A stretch of 52,802 bases of DNA, the filler included, from Deltaproteobacteria bacterium (lineage in GTDB: Bacteria > CG2-30-53-67), in the NCBI GenBank assembly GCA_013151235.1. It is 3 parts of 3 records of this genome, joined end to end, with 100 filler letters (N's around TTAATTAATTAA, not from the genome) between each part and the next. Parts side by side here need not be neighbours in the genome. Positions count along the whole stretch, not along the records: positions 29,245 to 52,802 come from JAADIO010000048.1; 2 more parts are not named here. One strand, 5' to 3'. The notes beneath the pieces were generated by a model that was given only the letters and a program-made list of their open reading frames with translations, had not been told where the DNA came from and did no database searches. The translations under genes and the position numbers were made by a program. Every line of letters starts with the position of its first letter. The first letter of the stretch is position 1. Shown one piece after another: positions 51,179 to 52,802 of the stretch.

Positions 51179-52645
51179 ATGTCTGCCGTCAAACATTCCG
51201 TAAATTCGCATACGTTACTGGTCGTGGACGATGAAGCGGGGGTCCGTGAATCGGTCCGGATGATCTTTGCAAACGATTACAACGTCCTTTCCGCCGGGAA
51301 CGGTGAGGAGGCTCTCCGCATCGTCCAGAGCGAGTTGCCCGATGTGATCCTTCTGGATGTCAAGATGCCCGGGATGAACGGAATGGAGACCCTCCGCAAG
51401 ATCAAGGAATCGAGCCATCCCTCCCGGATTGTCATGATTACGGCCACCAAAACCATCAAGAACGCCGTGGAGGCGATGAAATTAGGCGCCGAGGATTATG
51501 TCACCAAGCCCTTTGATGTGGATGAGATCCGGTTGATTGTGAAGCGCTCCCTGGAGAATATCGACCTGATCAATGAGGTAAAAACCCTTCGTTCCGAGGT
51601 GAAACGGTCTTACAACTTCGACAATATTATCGGTCGGACCGAAAGCATGCAGAAGGTTTTCAAGACTATTCAGCAGATTGCCGACAAAAAATCGACCGTT
51701 GCGATCTACGGAGAAAGCGGCACCGGCAAGGAGCTGATCGCCCGGGCGATTCATTTCAACAGTTGGCGGAGGGAAAAGCCTTTCGTGGCCGTCAATATTG
51801 CGGCCGTCCCGGAGACCCTGATCGAAAACGAACTCTTCGGCCACGAGAAGGGGGCCTTTACCGATGCCAGAGAGCGGACCCTGGGGAAATTCGAGATGGC
51901 CGACGGGGGGACCCTCTTCCTTGATGAGATCGGGGAACTTCCGATGAGTGCACAGGTCAAGCTTCTGCGGGTCCTGCAGGAAAAAGAGTTTACCCGTCTC
52001 GGTTCCTCGGTGAGCGAAAAACTTGATGTCCGTTTTGTCGTCGCCACCAACCGGGACCTGGAAGAGGCGATGCGGTTGAAAGAATTCCGGGAGGACCTTT
52101 ACTATCGGATCAATGTCGTCCCGATCCGGATCCCCCCGTTGCGCGAACGGAAGAACGATATTCACCTCCTGGTCAACCATTTGCTCGAGAAGATCTGTGC
52201 GGAGGCGTGTGAACCCCCCTTTCCCCGGGACGGGAGCAACCGGCGTGGTGGAGGCGACCGGCGGAGTTCACCGGCGGAGGCCCATCCGGTCAAACGGATT
52301 TCCAAAGAGGCGCTGGAACTTCTGATGGAGTACCGCTGGCCCGGCAATGTGCGGGAACTGGAGAATGTCATTGAACGGTGTGTGGCTTTCAGTAATGGAG
52401 ATGTGATCCTGCCGGAGGACCTGCCCGAAAAGATCCGTGCACTGCAGATGGATGCGACCAGCCTGGATCATGGATTTATCGAAAAAGGGCAATCTCTTTC
52501 CGATACGGTGGAAGCGTTTGAAAAAAAGATGATTCAGAGTGCCTTGCAGCGGACCAGCGGTAACAAGACCAAGGCGGCGGAATCGCTGCGGATTACCCGG
52601 AAGATGCTGCGTTATAAGGTGGAAAAGTACGGGATTCAACCCTGA
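51179..52645 (+). CDS. Sigma54-dependent response regulator (REC-AAA+-Fis HTH, NtrC family)
   Basis: VVDDE, LDVKMP, KPF, GESGTGKE, ELFGHEKGAFTDA, FLDEIGE, WPGNVRELEN, Fis HTH. Confidence 0.95.
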   Translation: MSAVKHSVNSHTLLVVDDEAGVRESVRMIFANDYNVLSAGNGEEALRIVQSELPDVILLDVKMPGMNGMETLRKIKESSHPSRIVMITATKTIKNAVEAMKLGAEDYVTKPFDVDEIRLIVKRSLENIDLINEVKTLRSEVKRSYNFDNIIGRTESMQKVFKTIQQIADKKSTVAIYGESGTGKELIARAIHFNSWRREKPFVAVNIAAVPETLIENELFGHEKGAFTDARERTLGKFEMADGGTLFLDEIGELPMSAQVKLLRVLQEKEFTRLGSSVSEKLDVRFVVATNRDLEEAMRLKEFREDLYYRINVVPIRIPPLRERKNDIHLLVNHLLEKICAEACEPPFPRDGSNRRGGGDRRSSPAEAHPVKRISKEALELLMEYRWPGNVRELENVIERCVAFSNGDVILPEDLPEKIRALQMDATSLDHGFIEKGQSLSDTVEAFEKKMIQSALQRTSGNKTKAAESLRITRKMLRYKVEKYGIQP

Positions 52646-52802
52646 GGGCTTCCGTCCGAGATGCTCGTGGTCTGTCTGTGTGAAGCGCCGCAGGCGGAAG
52701 TTTCCGAAGTGTCGGAATGTTGACGGACGGGGGCGGCCGAGTGCTCAGAAAAGGCCCATTTCGCCCGGCATCAGGACGAAATGGGCCTAAAATTTTGTTG
52801 TT

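Overview
This bacterial window is three contigs joined by artificial N44-TTAATTAATTAA-N44 linkers (15629-15728 and 29145-29244), so adjacency across a linker means nothing biologically. Gene order and protein style suggest a Deltaproteobacteria- or Nitrospirota-like genome (inference). Contig 1 (1-15628, minus strand) is the core tuf-rpmG-tRNA-Trp-secE-nusG-rplKAJL-rpoBC-rpsLG-fusA-tuf superoperon, broken at both tuf copies. Contig 2 (15729-29144, minus strand) is a surface-polysaccharide/LPS locus: GT2, DegT aminotransferase, orphan E1 alpha/beta pair, PglC-like transferase, PglF/CapD dehydratase, UDP-GlcA decarboxylase, LPS kinase and a radical SAM/SPASM enzyme. It is interrupted by two toxin-antitoxin-like cassettes and ends in a small GIY-YIG nuclease. 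Contig 3 (29245-52802, mostly plus strand) has an AlgX/AlgJ-like fragment, a PHP protein, lipA-alaC-hom-thrC-apgM-lysC-cimA-rseC, DUF366-queE-mnmA, and a signalling cluster (degenerate ATPase/RsbW fusion, STAS, GAF-HD-GYP, histidine kinase, FetAB-like ABC, sigma54 activator). The most striking signal is a palindromic REP-like family (loop TTCGAC-NN-GCTCA, co-varying stems) clustered around the GIY-YIG gene. The same repeat is cargo in a MITE found on all three contigs, with 19-bp TIRs and, in two copies, exact 6-7 bp target-site duplications; REP units are also nested inside other REP units. Other highlights are a 46-bp duplicated gene 3' end flanking a TA cassette, a 38-aa ORF coupled to the rSAM/SPASM gene, and the pseudo-ATPase/anti-sigma kinase fusion.
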